Virus record (IMG/VR): IMGVR_UViG_3300050015_000370
Length of the DNA stretch: 64,000 nucleotides
Direction: 5' to 3' (one strand)
From: an uncultured virus (IMG/VR IMGVR_UViG_3300050015_000370)
Lineage: Duplodnaviria; Heunggongvirae; Uroviricota; Caudoviricetes
Shown here: piece by piece, positions 48,806-57,815 of the stretch
Layout: each line of letters begins with the position of its first letter
How positions within the stretch are numbered: the stretch's first letter is position 1
The notes under the pieces: model-generated
Told to the model about the DNA's origin: nothing
What the model saw: the letters and a program-made list of their open reading frames with translations, nothing else
The model's database searches: none
Translations under genes and position numbers: made by a program

Positions 48806-49090
48806 ATGGATATATTTAAAATATTTAAGAGAGAAAAACATATCGAATCTATCGTACCTATTCCTGATTTTTCAGATAATTGGAGACAATCTGCGTATGA
48901 TAAAAATCTATTAGAGGGTGTTAATGCATTACAAAAAGGACAGAGTATTGAAATATTTGATGATGGTAGAGGATATGAATTGGCTCTTGAGATAAAACAT
49001 ACTTTCATGTTAGAATATCAAAAACAATTATCAGAAAAAATATCAATTGATAATAGTTCAGGAACAATAAAAATAACATTAAAGTCATAA
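48806..49090 (+). CDS. Hypothetical protein
   Basis: ORF in operon. Confidence 0.55.
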   Translation: MDIFKIFKREKHIESIVPIPDFSDNWRQSAYDKNLLEGVNALQKGQSIEIFDDGRGYELALEIKHTFMLEYQKQLSEKISIDNSSGTIKITLKS

Positions 49091-49127
49091 AAACTCGCTT
49101 TTATTTTTATGGATCAGATATTTTAGT

Positions 49128-49145
49128 TATATTTGCCTTATAAAA
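49128..49145 (+). promoter_or_regulatory. Early promoter TATATTTGCCTTATAAAA
   Basis: Identical to 41383..41400; 10 nt before ATG 49156. Confidence 0.7.
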
Positions 49146-49155
49146 TAATGCAGAT

Positions 49156-49704
49156 ATGAAAAAACTTAACATTTCATAAGTTCGTAAAAATTTACCATTT
49201 AAAATACAGGTAGGAGGATTAGATATTTTAGATCTTAAAACAGGTCATTACGGAGATGTTGTCGATTTTGATGTATTTCTTCCTTCAAAGGGAAAGAATC
49301 TTCAAAGAGGATTTGTTTGGACACTATCTCAAAAACAAGAGCTTATCCTTTCAATACTTAAGGGTCTTGAGGTTCCGCCAGTATCCATCATCCAATTTAG
49401 AGATGATACTGTTCAACCAAATATTCGTATCATCAAAATCATTGATGGCAAACAAAGAATATCTGCCGTTATGTCTTTCTTTGATAACCAATTTCCTATA
49501 ATCGTTGATGGTGAAGAATATTTTTTCAATGATTTAGATTCAGAATCTCAATATGTTTTCAATTCATTGATGTTTAGGTGTCAACGAGTTTATGAATACC
49601 CTGATCAGATGATATCAGATGATGATAAGATCGTTTGGTTTGAAATGATTAACTTCGCCGGCACTCCACAAGATATTGAACATCTTAATAATTTAAAATC
49701 ATAA
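49156..49704 (+). pseudogene. DUF262 (GmrSD N-terminal / ParB-Srx-like) protein with an in-frame TAA at codon 8
   Basis: MKKLNIS*VRKNLPF...NLQRGFVW...ELILSIL.G..VP...IIDGKQRI...FEMINFAGTP; the ORF track shows only the last 77 aa. Confidence 0.8.
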
Positions 49705-49706
49705 TT

Positions 49707-50168
49707 ATGCCATCTAGAAGATTGAATAGATTTTGGTGTACAAAGTGTCAGGAATACACATTACATGAAGTAGGTGAAGATGGAGGTTGTACAATTTGCG
49801 GAACAGTAACATCTGAATATTTTTTAAAAGATGTCCCTCTTGAAAAATTAATGGAACAAAGAGAAAGATACAAGAGAGCAAAATCCAAAAAAATGATGGG
49901 TTTTTATCAGAGTATGTTAACTCTTTCAAATTCAAATATAGATATTTTGGCGGAAAATCCTAATGTTGAAATTCATGAAACAGATGCAGGACAGAAGGCA
50001 ATTGATCAACGCAGGAAAGATCTTTTAAATAAAAAAATAGAGGAGCACAAAGAACTTAAACGTGAATACAAGGAAAAATTCTTTAACACTGATAGAAATG
50101 AGACTTGTCCTTGTGGTAGTGGTAAGAAATACAAAAAATGTTGTTTAAATAGATTTTTACATGTTTAG
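49707..50168 (+). CDS. Zn-ribbon and SEC-C motif protein
   Basis: CTKC...CTICG at the N-terminus; RNETCPCGSGKKYKKCC at the C-terminus. Confidence 0.8.
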   Translation: MPSRRLNRFWCTKCQEYTLHEVGEDGGCTICGTVTSEYFLKDVPLEKLMEQRERYKRAKSKKMMGFYQSMLTLSNSNIDILAENPNVEIHETDAGQKAIDQRRKDLLNKKIEEHKELKREYKEKFFNTDRNETCPCGSGKKYKKCCLNRFLHV

Positions 50169-50171
50169 TAT

Positions 50172-50528
50172 ATGAAAAAAGTAAATACATTCTTCATTAT
50201 AATTTTATTATTCATTGCTTACGGATGTTCTTCAAATCATTCTGAATATGAAATTGTAGAAAATATAAACACTAATTGTTATATAACAAAAGTATCAACA
50301 TTTAAGTATTCAAAGGTTCAGGGGTATATTTATTATAAAGTAATAAAATTAGAAATAAATAATGGCAATAGTGGTTATTATTATAAAAAATATAATCTTA
50401 AATCCGGTGATGTAATTATTACCAACATCACCATATATAAGAGATTATATTACGCAATGGATCCTTATAAAAATGATCTTATTTTATCAACATCTGATAT
50501 AGATGTAACAAATTACGAAATAAATTAA
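50172..50528 (+). CDS. Putative lipoprotein
   Basis: MKK + hydrophobic stretch + AYGC lipobox-like. Confidence 0.5.
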   Translation: MKKVNTFFIIILLFIAYGCSSNHSEYEIVENINTNCYITKVSTFKYSKVQGYIYYKVIKLEINNGNSGYYYKKYNLKSGDVIITNITIYKRLYYAMDPYKNDLILSTSDIDVTNYEIN

Positions 50529-50530
50529 AG

Positions 50531-50824
50531 ATGAATAGCCCAATTGTACCTGTTGAAATAGCTAGAAAATTAAATGAATTAGGTTTTAATGAACCATGTT
50601 ATGGGTTTTATAATCTAGAAGGAAAATATAATCAAAGTTATAAACACGGTATGATATTAAAAAATTCATCTATTACTATACCAAATTGTGTTGCTGCTCC
50701 ACTATACCAAAGCGTATGTTGGTGGTTATTGGAAAATTATCATTGCCGTATAAAATTTGACTATGATTATCTTATGGATATTTCAATTATTGAAATTTTA
50801 AATAGAATTCACTTAAAAAATTAA
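50531..50824 (+). CDS. Hypothetical protein (related to the 48427 family)
   Basis: VPVEIARKLNELGFNEPC...AAPLYQ..WW. Confidence 0.6.
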   Translation: MNSPIVPVEIARKLNELGFNEPCYGFYNLEGKYNQSYKHGMILKNSSITIPNCVAAPLYQSVCWWLLENYHCRIKFDYDYLMDISIIEILNRIHLKN

Positions 50825-50827
50825 AAA

Positions 50828-51046
50828 ATGAAATTAATAATGTTTTTAATTAATCTTGTTATTTATTTTTTGTTGGTTTTCGCACCACTTATGATTATTG
50901 CTCCATTAATAAAAAATATTAACGGTTGGCTTTTAATTTTTTTGGTTATTTGGTTTATTATCATATCATTGGAAGTTATTGAAAAGATAAAAATTTTTAA
51001 TAAATGGTTTTTAAACAACATTAAAAAGAATGAAGAAATTAATTAA
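50828..51046 (+). CDS. Small membrane protein
   Basis: Two hydrophobic helices. Confidence 0.5.
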   Translation: MKLIMFLINLVIYFLLVFAPLMIIAPLIKNINGWLLIFLVIWFIIISLEVIEKIKIFNKWFLNNIKKNEEIN

Positions 51047-51674
51047 AATAAATGCAATACCAAGGAAAAACACCTTATATAAAGGAAATATTGTTAATGT
51101 ATATGATAATTTTCTATTTTTAGATGATGATAAAGATGCAAAAACATATACAACTAAGGCACGTTATAATAGTTTTTGTAACTATCAATATGTCCAATTA
51201 ATAGTTACACACCAAGGAACAATTAAATGTGGAGATTATTGGTTAACTGGGTTTGATAATACAATAATGAAATCTGAACGGTCAGATTATATTTCCAATG
51301 ATAAAATAATTGGTGTTTACCCAGAATTTTCAGGGATCCCAACTTTAAATGTTGATTTTGTTAAAGAATGGATTAAAGAGCATAATCCATTTATATATGT
51401 TGATTTTGAAATAAATCAATGTGATGGATGTTATGTGAATGTACCAAATATATATGGAATTCATGAAATGCCATATCCATCTGGAAGTATGGTGTGTTGT
51501 AAGGAAAAATATAATTTTCCTATAGTCAAGGATAACACCTTAATATGTTCTTTGGTTGAAAAAACAAATATGATCAAGGAGGCTACAATAAAGAGAATTG
51601 ATCCGCCAAATCCCGTTATGATATATTGGTATTCTAAATTTATAAAAGATATTGATAATTTATTCATCGACTAA
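51030..51674 (+). CDS. Hypothetical protein
   Basis: ORF in operon. Confidence 0.55.
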   Translation: MKKLIKINAIPRKNTLYKGNIVNVYDNFLFLDDDKDAKTYTTKARYNSFCNYQYVQLIVTHQGTIKCGDYWLTGFDNTIMKSERSDYISNDKIIGVYPEFSGIPTLNVDFVKEWIKEHNPFIYVDFEINQCDGCYVNVPNIYGIHEMPYPSGSMVCCKEKYNFPIVKDNTLICSLVEKTNMIKEATIKRIDPPNPVMIYWYSKFIKDIDNLFID

Positions 51675-51690
51675 AAACTTTATTAAAACA

Positions 51691-52152
51691 ATGGTATATA
51701 AAATTAAAATTGATTATCAGACAGGTGATAGCGAACATAATTATGATACCTCTGATCTTTTAGAAATAGAATGGGAAGATATTAATTTAGCGAAGGTCAA
51801 TCTTCAAAGAATTAAAGAGCATCATGAAATGTATAATAGATTGCATTCTTGGGAATATAGAAAGAAAAATTACGATATAATTAAAGAATATCTTAATAAG
51901 GAATGGTTCGTAAATGTCCCAAGATTATTTTGTATTAGTTCCGGTAACGCAATAGATGAAAAAGATAAAGCTAGGGTATGTGAAGGAAATTGGGAATACC
52001 GACCAGACTTACAAGATGCAGAATTGGAATTAAAATTCGTGCTCGATAATGGTAACGAATATCGGATGATGGCGTTTTGGATAGGATATTTTGAAACATT
52101 AAGAAAAGCAAGTATTGTAGTTGACACATCAGATATGGAAATAACTTTTTAA
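51691..52152 (+). CDS. Hypothetical protein
   Basis: Start at ATG 51691; Y.TGDS ... FWIGYFETL. Confidence 0.65.
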   Translation: MVYKIKIDYQTGDSEHNYDTSDLLEIEWEDINLAKVNLQRIKEHHEMYNRLHSWEYRKKNYDIIKEYLNKEWFVNVPRLFCISSGNAIDEKDKARVCEGNWEYRPDLQDAELELKFVLDNGNEYRMMAFWIGYFETLRKASIVVDTSDMEITF

Positions 52153-52161
52153 AAATATACT

Positions 52162-52563
52162 ATGAAAGATTTTAGAAGACCAACAAGTGAAATGGAAACA
52201 AAAATGGGATGTCAAGAATACAGTTGCAAAAGTAAATCTGGTGATTTTTTAACACCATCAGGATATGAAAAAGAAAATGAAAAGATGTTGGACGAACCTG
52301 TAAGATTTGATTCTGAATTTTTGAAAATTGTATCTATTTTAGGCGAAGAAATATATACAATGAAAAATTCAGTTGATAAAATTGAATTGTTAATAGGACA
52401 TATTGATTCAAGATATATTAAAGATGACAAAAATGAAAAATCTCTACCAGCAACAGATTCACCAGATTTTGTTTCTATGATGTCAAATATCATATCAAGA
52501 TTTAAAGAGTTGAATCTTAAATTAGAATATCAATCTGACGCATTAAGAGAATTGGTAGGATAA
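52162..52563 (+). CDS. Hypothetical protein
   Basis: ORF followed by a terminator. Confidence 0.6.
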   Translation: MKDFRRPTSEMETKMGCQEYSCKSKSGDFLTPSGYEKENEKMLDEPVRFDSEFLKIVSILGEEIYTMKNSVDKIELLIGHIDSRYIKDDKNEKSLPATDSPDFVSMMSNIISRFKELNLKLEYQSDALRELVG

Positions 52564-52592
52564 TTGAAATCCTACATAAACTAACCCAACCC

Positions 52593-52624
52593 AACGGGCA
52601 TCTAACCAAGATGCCCGTTTTTTT
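52593..52624 (+). terminator. Intrinsic terminator
   Basis: AACGGGCATCT/AGATGCCCGTT stem plus T tract. Confidence 0.85.
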
Positions 52625-52629
52625 GTTTA

Positions 52630-52656
52630 AAACCTTTTCAGTTTTCAGACATATAA
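52630..52656 (+). promoter_or_regulatory. Putative middle promoter AAAC-N18-TATAA
   Basis: Exact spacing; upstream of the UvsX N-half. Confidence 0.6.
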
Positions 52657-52675
52657 AATTAAACATTTTAAACAC

Positions 52676-52978
52676 ATGGCAAAAAAAGTTGCAGCAACAA
52701 GTCAGTCGAGTTTTTCAGATTTGAATGAGATACTCAATAAGGTGAGTCCTAATGGGGATATGCTTATAGATTCCCCTTTCTGTAAAATAGATGAATATAT
52801 TGGCACCGGTAGTTATATTTTAAATGCGGCTTTGAGCGGCAGCTTATTTGGAGGATTACCAAACCGTAGGTCTTTGGCGCTTGCTGGAGAGGAAGGATGT
52901 TTGGTTGGCGATGAATTTGTACGAATATACGAATTAAAATCTGATTTAACTCAAAATCATAAAATAATTAAATCATAA
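52676..52978 (+). CDS. uvsX: UvsX/RecA-like recombinase N-terminal part (74 aa) plus a 26-aa split-intein N-fragment
   Basis: IGTGSYILNAALSG...GGLP..R...LAGEEG, then CLVGDEFVRI (intein block A). Confidence 0.88.
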   Translation: MAKKVAATSQSSFSDLNEILNKVSPNGDMLIDSPFCKIDEYIGTGSYILNAALSGSLFGGLPNRRSLALAGEEGCLVGDEFVRIYELKSDLTQNHKIIKS

Positions 52979-53476
52979 TTTATGGAAATCGAAAAAATTA
53001 AAAAGGAACTCGAATATGTTTTTAATGCTAATGAACTTAAAACATTTTTAGGAAAACCTATTTCTGAATCTTCAGAAGAAATCATTAGGATGAAATTTAA
53101 TGAGTACGCATCAACAAACTCAAAGAAAATTAAAATTAAGGATTTAATTGAAAATTATCAAGAAAAGTCATTCCTTATTGCTACACCTGATGGTTATAAT
53201 GAAGTAGGGGATTTTTATATTAAACACTCGCGCCCTATTTATGATATTACCACAGAATTCGATTTTAAAACTAAATGTTCTGAGGATCATAAATTTGAAA
53301 CGATGACAGAATGGAAGTTTGCAAAAGAATTGACACAAGAAGATTTTTTGTTAACACTTTCAGGGTATCAAAGAGTTGTAAATATCACAAAATGTATAAA
53401 TGAGGTGGTTTATGATTTTGAGGTAAAACATGATAACCACAGATATTGGTCAGGCACTGGAATAAGCAGCCATAAT
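52898..53476 (+). mobile_element. Atypically split intein in the UvsX P-loop (IntN 26 aa; IntC 165 aa; Cys1, Thr+1)
   Basis: C1 at 52898; CSEDH block B, VYDFEV block F, SHN|T block G; removing it restores GEEGTGKT. Confidence 0.9.
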
Positions 53477-54604
53477 ACAGGCAAGACATTCATTGCTTTA
53501 AGTATATGTCGCGAAGCTCAGATGATGGGGTATACCCCAATCTATTTTGATACAGAAGGTGCAATAGATTTAAAGTTTGTATCTAAAATTGGTGTTGATC
53601 CTGCCAAACTTCGACATGAACCTATAGCAACAATAGAGGAGTTTGCTACGTATATGGCAAAGTTAAATGAAACCTTCTTCAATATGAAAAAGGAAGGTAA
53701 AATTCCGCCGAAGGTAATTGTGGTTCTTGACTCATTGGGTAACCTTTCTTCAAATAAAGAAAAAACAGATACTACTGAAGGAAATGATAAACGAGATATG
53801 ACCAAACAACAGGCTATTCGTAGAACCTTTAGAGTTGTCGGTAATGATTGTGCAATGAATGGTATCCCATGTATCTATTTGGCTCATACGTATGCAGTTA
53901 TAGGTGGTTATTTTCCTTCAAACACGATCGCAGGTGGCGGAGGTCTTAAATATAATGCTTCAATCATATTCATGTTATCTAAATCAAAGATGGAAGATAA
54001 GGAAGCTGAAGAAATTGCAAAATCAAAAAATGTTGAAAAGGCAAAAGTTGGCATCATTGTAACAGTTACTCCAAATAAAAATCGTTTTGCAAAACCAATT
54101 AAAGTACAATTTCATATTCCATTTTATAAACCAATCAATAAATATGTTGGATTAGAAAATTTTGTATCTTGGGAGAATTGTGGAGTTGTGAGAGGAAAGG
54201 CGTTAACAGAGAAGGAACATTCTAAACTCTCTCCAGTTGAACAAAAAACTTGTCATGAATTTTCTAGTCTAGATGGTAAATTACTTTTCGCTCTTCCAAA
54301 GGAAACAGCAAGAACGTTAGTATGTAAACATCTTGGTGGAGAAATTCCTCTGATAGAACTTTTTACTGCAAAGGTATTCACAGATGAAGTATTGAGAGAA
54401 CTTGATGATAAAGTGATAAAGAAAACTTTTGAACTACCTGATGTTAACAGTCATGATGATATACTCGAAATGACAGAGGAACTTGAAAGAGCTTCAATGA
54501 AAGATGATACTGATAATGATGCTCCAATGGTTACAAACGCTGAAATTGATACATCATTTATTGATGCGTTAGAAGGAAATTCAATCGAACATTTTAAAGA
54601 TTGA
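52982..54604 (+). CDS. uvsX: Split-intein C-fragment plus UvsX/RecA-like recombinase C-terminal part
   Basis: HN|TGKT, FDTEGA, VLDSLGNL, DMT, GGGGLKYNAS, KNRF. Confidence 0.9.
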   Translation: MEIEKIKKELEYVFNANELKTFLGKPISESSEEIIRMKFNEYASTNSKKIKIKDLIENYQEKSFLIATPDGYNEVGDFYIKHSRPIYDITTEFDFKTKCSEDHKFETMTEWKFAKELTQEDFLLTLSGYQRVVNITKCINEVVYDFEVKHDNHRYWSGTGISSHNTGKTFIALSICREAQMMGYTPIYFDTEGAIDLKFVSKIGVDPAKLRHEPIATIEEFATYMAKLNETFFNMKKEGKIPPKVIVVLDSLGNLSSNKEKTDTTEGNDKRDMTKQQAIRRTFRVVGNDCAMNGIPCIYLAHTYAVIGGYFPSNTIAGGGGLKYNASIIFMLSKSKMEDKEAEEIAKSKNVEKAKVGIIVTVTPNKNRFAKPIKVQFHIPFYKPINKYVGLENFVSWENCGVVRGKALTEKEHSKLSPVEQKTCHEFSSLDGKLLFALPKETARTLVCKHLGGEIPLIELFTAKVFTDEVLRELDDKVIKKTFELPDVNSHDDILEMTEELERASMKDDTDNDAPMVTNAEIDTSFIDALEGNSIEHFKD

Positions 54605-54882
54605 TGACACCTATAAATTTTAACATTGTTAAAATCAAAAACTTGATAGGAATTATAGAGACACCTCAAATAGAAGACCTTCTATTTGAGATTGTCTTTA
54701 TGCTTGATCAAGAGAAAAGATACGATGGTGAGTTTAAAACTAGAGATGTATCTTTGAAAACTAGAGTACGTATAGCTAAATCAGGGGAATTGGATGATGA
54801 TCTAGCGGAATTAGAAAAACTCGGTTATATTAAAAAACTGAAATATTCGAGTTATGAAGTTATAAAACATTTATGGGTATGA
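54601..54882 (+). CDS. Hypothetical protein, winged-helix-like
   Basis: L.ELEKLGYIKK. Confidence 0.55.
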   Translation: MMTPINFNIVKIKNLIGIIETPQIEDLLFEIVFMLDQEKRYDGEFKTRDVSLKTRVRIAKSGELDDDLAELEKLGYIKKLKYSSYEVIKHLWV

Positions 54883-55160
54883 AAATAGAAACGAATGAGT
54901 TTGGAAGGTTCCAATTAACAGAAGTATTTGAACCTCTTGTTTTAATATCGGAAAGAAATGAAGAGTTTATAATATGTATGAGAGATAGCGGGTTTGAATT
55001 TGCCTACAATGGTGTTAAATATTCTGCACAAGAAGGAACATTGAAAAAAATGAAACCGACTTTGCCAGTGTATGTCGATTCTGTTAATTTAGATGATTCG
55101 GAACCTCAAATAACACGGTCAAATGATGAAAATCTAAAAAGGTTATTTTTAAAGTTATAA
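54873..55160 (+). CDS. Hypothetical protein
   Basis: ICMRDSGFEF.Y. Confidence 0.6.
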   Translation: MGMKIETNEFGRFQLTEVFEPLVLISERNEEFIICMRDSGFEFAYNGVKYSAQEGTLKKMKPTLPVYVDSVNLDDSEPQITRSNDENLKRLFLKL

Positions 55161-55177
55161 ATTAAACATTTTTAAAT

Positions 55178-55227
55178 ATACAAATGAAAGGCCGTTAACT
55201 ATTTAAGTAACGGCCTTTCATTTGTAT
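55178..55227. terminator. 20-bp perfect inverted repeat (terminator or RNA-processing hairpin)
   Basis: ATACAAATGAAAGGCCGTTA / TAACGGCCTTTCATTTGTAT with a 10-nt loop. Confidence 0.7.
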
Positions 55228-55233
55228 GGATCA

Positions 55234-55260
55234 AAACAAAACGGCTATATCTTAATATAA
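55234..55260 (+). promoter_or_regulatory. Putative middle promoter AAAC-N18-TATAA
   Basis: Exact spacing; upstream of the helicase. Confidence 0.6.
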
Positions 55261-55279
55261 AATTAAATCAATAATCAAT

Positions 55280-56755
55280 ATGAGTTCAGAAGTAGGCATA
55301 AATAGTTATCAAGAGATAGTATTCTATCATTATATCCTGGGTGATATGATGTTAACATCTAACACAAAGTCAGAATATTTTTCATCTCCTATATTAAAGG
55401 AGCTATTTGATATTTCAAAGGAACATACATTGAAATATAAAAGTCCTCCTTCTAAGGAACAATTATCTGAAATAGTAAGAATAAAGGGTGCAGCTTCGAA
55501 GATCAATGAAGATATCATAACCACAATTTATAATACAAAGGAAAAACTCGCAGAGTATGATAGTGAATGGTTAGATAATAATGTCAAACCTTGGTTACAG
55601 GTAAGAAATCTTGACAGTGTTATGCGTAAGGCCATTTCATATATGAAGATGACTAAAATAACACCCGAAAATGCAAGTGAAACTGTCGAAACTATAAGGG
55701 GAATGTTATTGACAGAAACCGCTTTGAATTTTGATTTTAATATAGGTTCTGACTTTTTTAATCCTGCATCACATCTTCAAACAAGGTTAGATAGAACATC
55801 CACAGGATATTCATATATGGATACATGTTTAAAGGGTGGTTTTTGGAAAGGATCGTTAATAGTGATATTATCAGGGCCTAAGGCAGGAAAATCTACGTTT
55901 TTAGGTAACCTTGCGGCAAACTCAGTTCAATTAGGTCACAACACTGCATATATTTCATTTGAATTACAAGAGGAATTAGTAAATATGAGATTAGGTTCTA
56001 ACCTTTTAAATATCAAATTGGATACATATGAGGAAACAGCAAAGGATCAAGTTTTCCTAAGAGAACGCATGACATCGGTTAAACAAAATAGCATTGTACC
56101 TCTTGGTGCTTTGCATGTCAAAGAGTTCGCTGCTTCAACATGTTCAACTGTTGATCTTCGTAACTATTTAAAGAAAACAGAGGAAATTTTAGGGATCCAT
56201 TTTGACACTGTGTTTGTTGACTATATCAACATTATGAAAAACTGGAGAAATCCTAATACTGAAAATTCATATATGAAGATCAAACAGATTGCAGAGGATT
56301 TGAGGGCAATGGCCATAGAAGGACAGTGGGCCATAGTATCTGCAACACAAACTGGTAAACAAGCATGGGATACGAATGATTTGGTTATTAGTAATGTTTC
56401 CGAATCTGCAGCATTATTACATACAGTAGATGCTTTATTTGGTTTGATAACTAACCCAGAGATGAAAGCCAGAAATGAATATTTTGTAAAATGTTTAGCC
56501 AACCGTGTTGCCGGTTTTGAAAATACAAGGAAGAGGTATACAATTGATTGGAATTATGCAAGGATAGATGAGGATAGAAACTCACCAATTCAAGATATGG
56601 ATTTCAGTATACCACAATTTGGAAATCATAACCAAAATCATACATCATATGGAAATAACCCCGGAAGCAGTACATATGGTCAATCAATTCAACCCGAGGA
56701 AACAGATGAGTATAAAAAAATAGCCGAATCGATAGATTTATTTAAAACAAATTAA
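55280..56755 (+). CDS. Replicative DnaB-like helicase (T4 gp41-like)
   Basis: GPKAGKS, ISFEL, VDYINIM, IAEDLR, SATQ, SES motifs. Confidence 0.9.
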   Translation: MSSEVGINSYQEIVFYHYILGDMMLTSNTKSEYFSSPILKELFDISKEHTLKYKSPPSKEQLSEIVRIKGAASKINEDIITTIYNTKEKLAEYDSEWLDNNVKPWLQVRNLDSVMRKAISYMKMTKITPENASETVETIRGMLLTETALNFDFNIGSDFFNPASHLQTRLDRTSTGYSYMDTCLKGGFWKGSLIVILSGPKAGKSTFLGNLAANSVQLGHNTAYISFELQEELVNMRLGSNLLNIKLDTYEETAKDQVFLRERMTSVKQNSIVPLGALHVKEFAASTCSTVDLRNYLKKTEEILGIHFDTVFVDYINIMKNWRNPNTENSYMKIKQIAEDLRAMAIEGQWAIVSATQTGKQAWDTNDLVISNVSESAALLHTVDALFGLITNPEMKARNEYFVKCLANRVAGFENTRKRYTIDWNYARIDEDRNSPIQDMDFSIPQFGNHNQNHTSYGNNPGSSTYGQSIQPEETDEYKKIAESIDLFKTN

Positions 56756-56759
56756 AATT

Positions 56760-57059
56760 ATGACACAAAAATTAATATTAGCTGAAGATGTATTTGATGA
56801 ACTTGATGGTAATAAAAGATGCACTATAAGAAAGGGCCGCAGAGACATACAATTAGGGGAACTCAACTTTGAATCAGAAATAGAAAAAAGAATAATGAAT
56901 GTAAATGTATATATGATCATGTATTGTAAACTTGAGGATATACCCGCTGAATTTGTAGAAAACGATGGGTTTACAGATTACGAAGATATGTTGATTAAAA
57001 TGAAAAGATTTTATCCAGATATTGAGATGACAACAGAATGTACATCTATATTATTTTAA
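56760..57059 (+). CDS. ASCH domain protein
   Basis: G.KRCTIRKG ... DGF ... MKRFYP. Confidence 0.75.
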   Translation: MTQKLILAEDVFDELDGNKRCTIRKGRRDIQLGELNFESEIEKRIMNVNVYMIMYCKLEDIPAEFVENDGFTDYEDMLIKMKRFYPDIEMTTECTSILF

Positions 57060-57082
57060 ATTAATAACATAAAAACAAAAAT

Positions 57083-57328
57083 ATGGCAGAGATGAAATTA
57101 ACAAATAACACAGACTTGGTATTCACAGATATAAGTTCCGAAATTTATCGAGAATACAATTTTCCAAATGGTACGAAGATGAGAATAGAAGACCCAATGT
57201 ATCTTAATGTAAATAATGGCGGCCATCGTGTAAAGGATATGCAAGGAAACTGTTATTATATAAACATAAAAGATTCATGGTGGATAACTTGGCAATCATA
57301 TAGTGATAAACCTGACTTTGTAAAATAA
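57083..57328 (+). CDS. Hypothetical protein
   Basis: F.DISSE.YREY.F, GHRV.D..G. Confidence 0.65.
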   Translation: MAEMKLTNNTDLVFTDISSEIYREYNFPNGTKMRIEDPMYLNVNNGGHRVKDMQGNCYYINIKDSWWITWQSYSDKPDFVK

Positions 57329-57335
57329 AAGAACC

Positions 57336-57788
57336 ATGGCAGCAGACAGAAACACATTTATAAATAGCTTCAATTCCGGTGAGATCGTTTTTGAAGATTT
57401 ATCAAGAGAAATAAGAGTACATTCAGATGTAGAAGACCAATATTCAGATATCATAAGTGAAAAAATCCTTGATGTTAGAATGAATAAAGCGTTAGAGGAG
57501 GATTTATATGATATATTTATTGTATCACCTTTCTATGAAAAATATAGGACATTAAGAAAATTGGATAAGAATGAACTTTTAAAAATTTATTATCATTTTA
57601 AACATGAAATAGTCAAATTAAACAAATATTCAACCGCTGAAGTTTTTATGGCATTTGCAGAATTCTTTCAAGTTAATTACGATGTTTTTTATGGAGAATT
57701 AGGTGTATTGGATAAGGAAGAATTACTCAAGGAAGTATCTGAAAAATATGGGCTTCAGAAAAAAATAAAGACAAAAAAATTATTCTAA
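57336..57788 (+). CDS. Hypothetical protein; C-terminus weakly resembles the T4 gp33 late co-activator
   Basis: EVFMAFAEFFQVNYDVFYGEL...KEELLKE helical pattern. Confidence 0.35.
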   Translation: MAADRNTFINSFNSGEIVFEDLSREIRVHSDVEDQYSDIISEKILDVRMNKALEEDLYDIFIVSPFYEKYRTLRKLDKNELLKIYYHFKHEIVKLNKYSTAEVFMAFAEFFQVNYDVFYGELGVLDKEELLKEVSEKYGLQKKIKTKKLF

Positions 57789-57803
57789 ATAGAATTTTTT
57801 GAT

Positions 57804-57813
57804 TATATTTACC
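57804..57813 (+). promoter_or_regulatory. Early promoter variant TATATTTACC
   Basis: Directly before ATG 57816. Confidence 0.4.
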
Positions 57814-57815
57814 AC

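Noticed and set aside
49256..49501. 81-aa ORF from the track
   Set aside because: Out-of-frame shadow of the DUF262 reading frame.
52973..52984. UvsX TCA-TAA as a fourth member of the TCW-TAA-G set
   Set aside because: It is followed by TTT-ATG rather than G, falls at a plausible split-intein break, and 3-nt in-frame gaps occur between other ordinary genes here.
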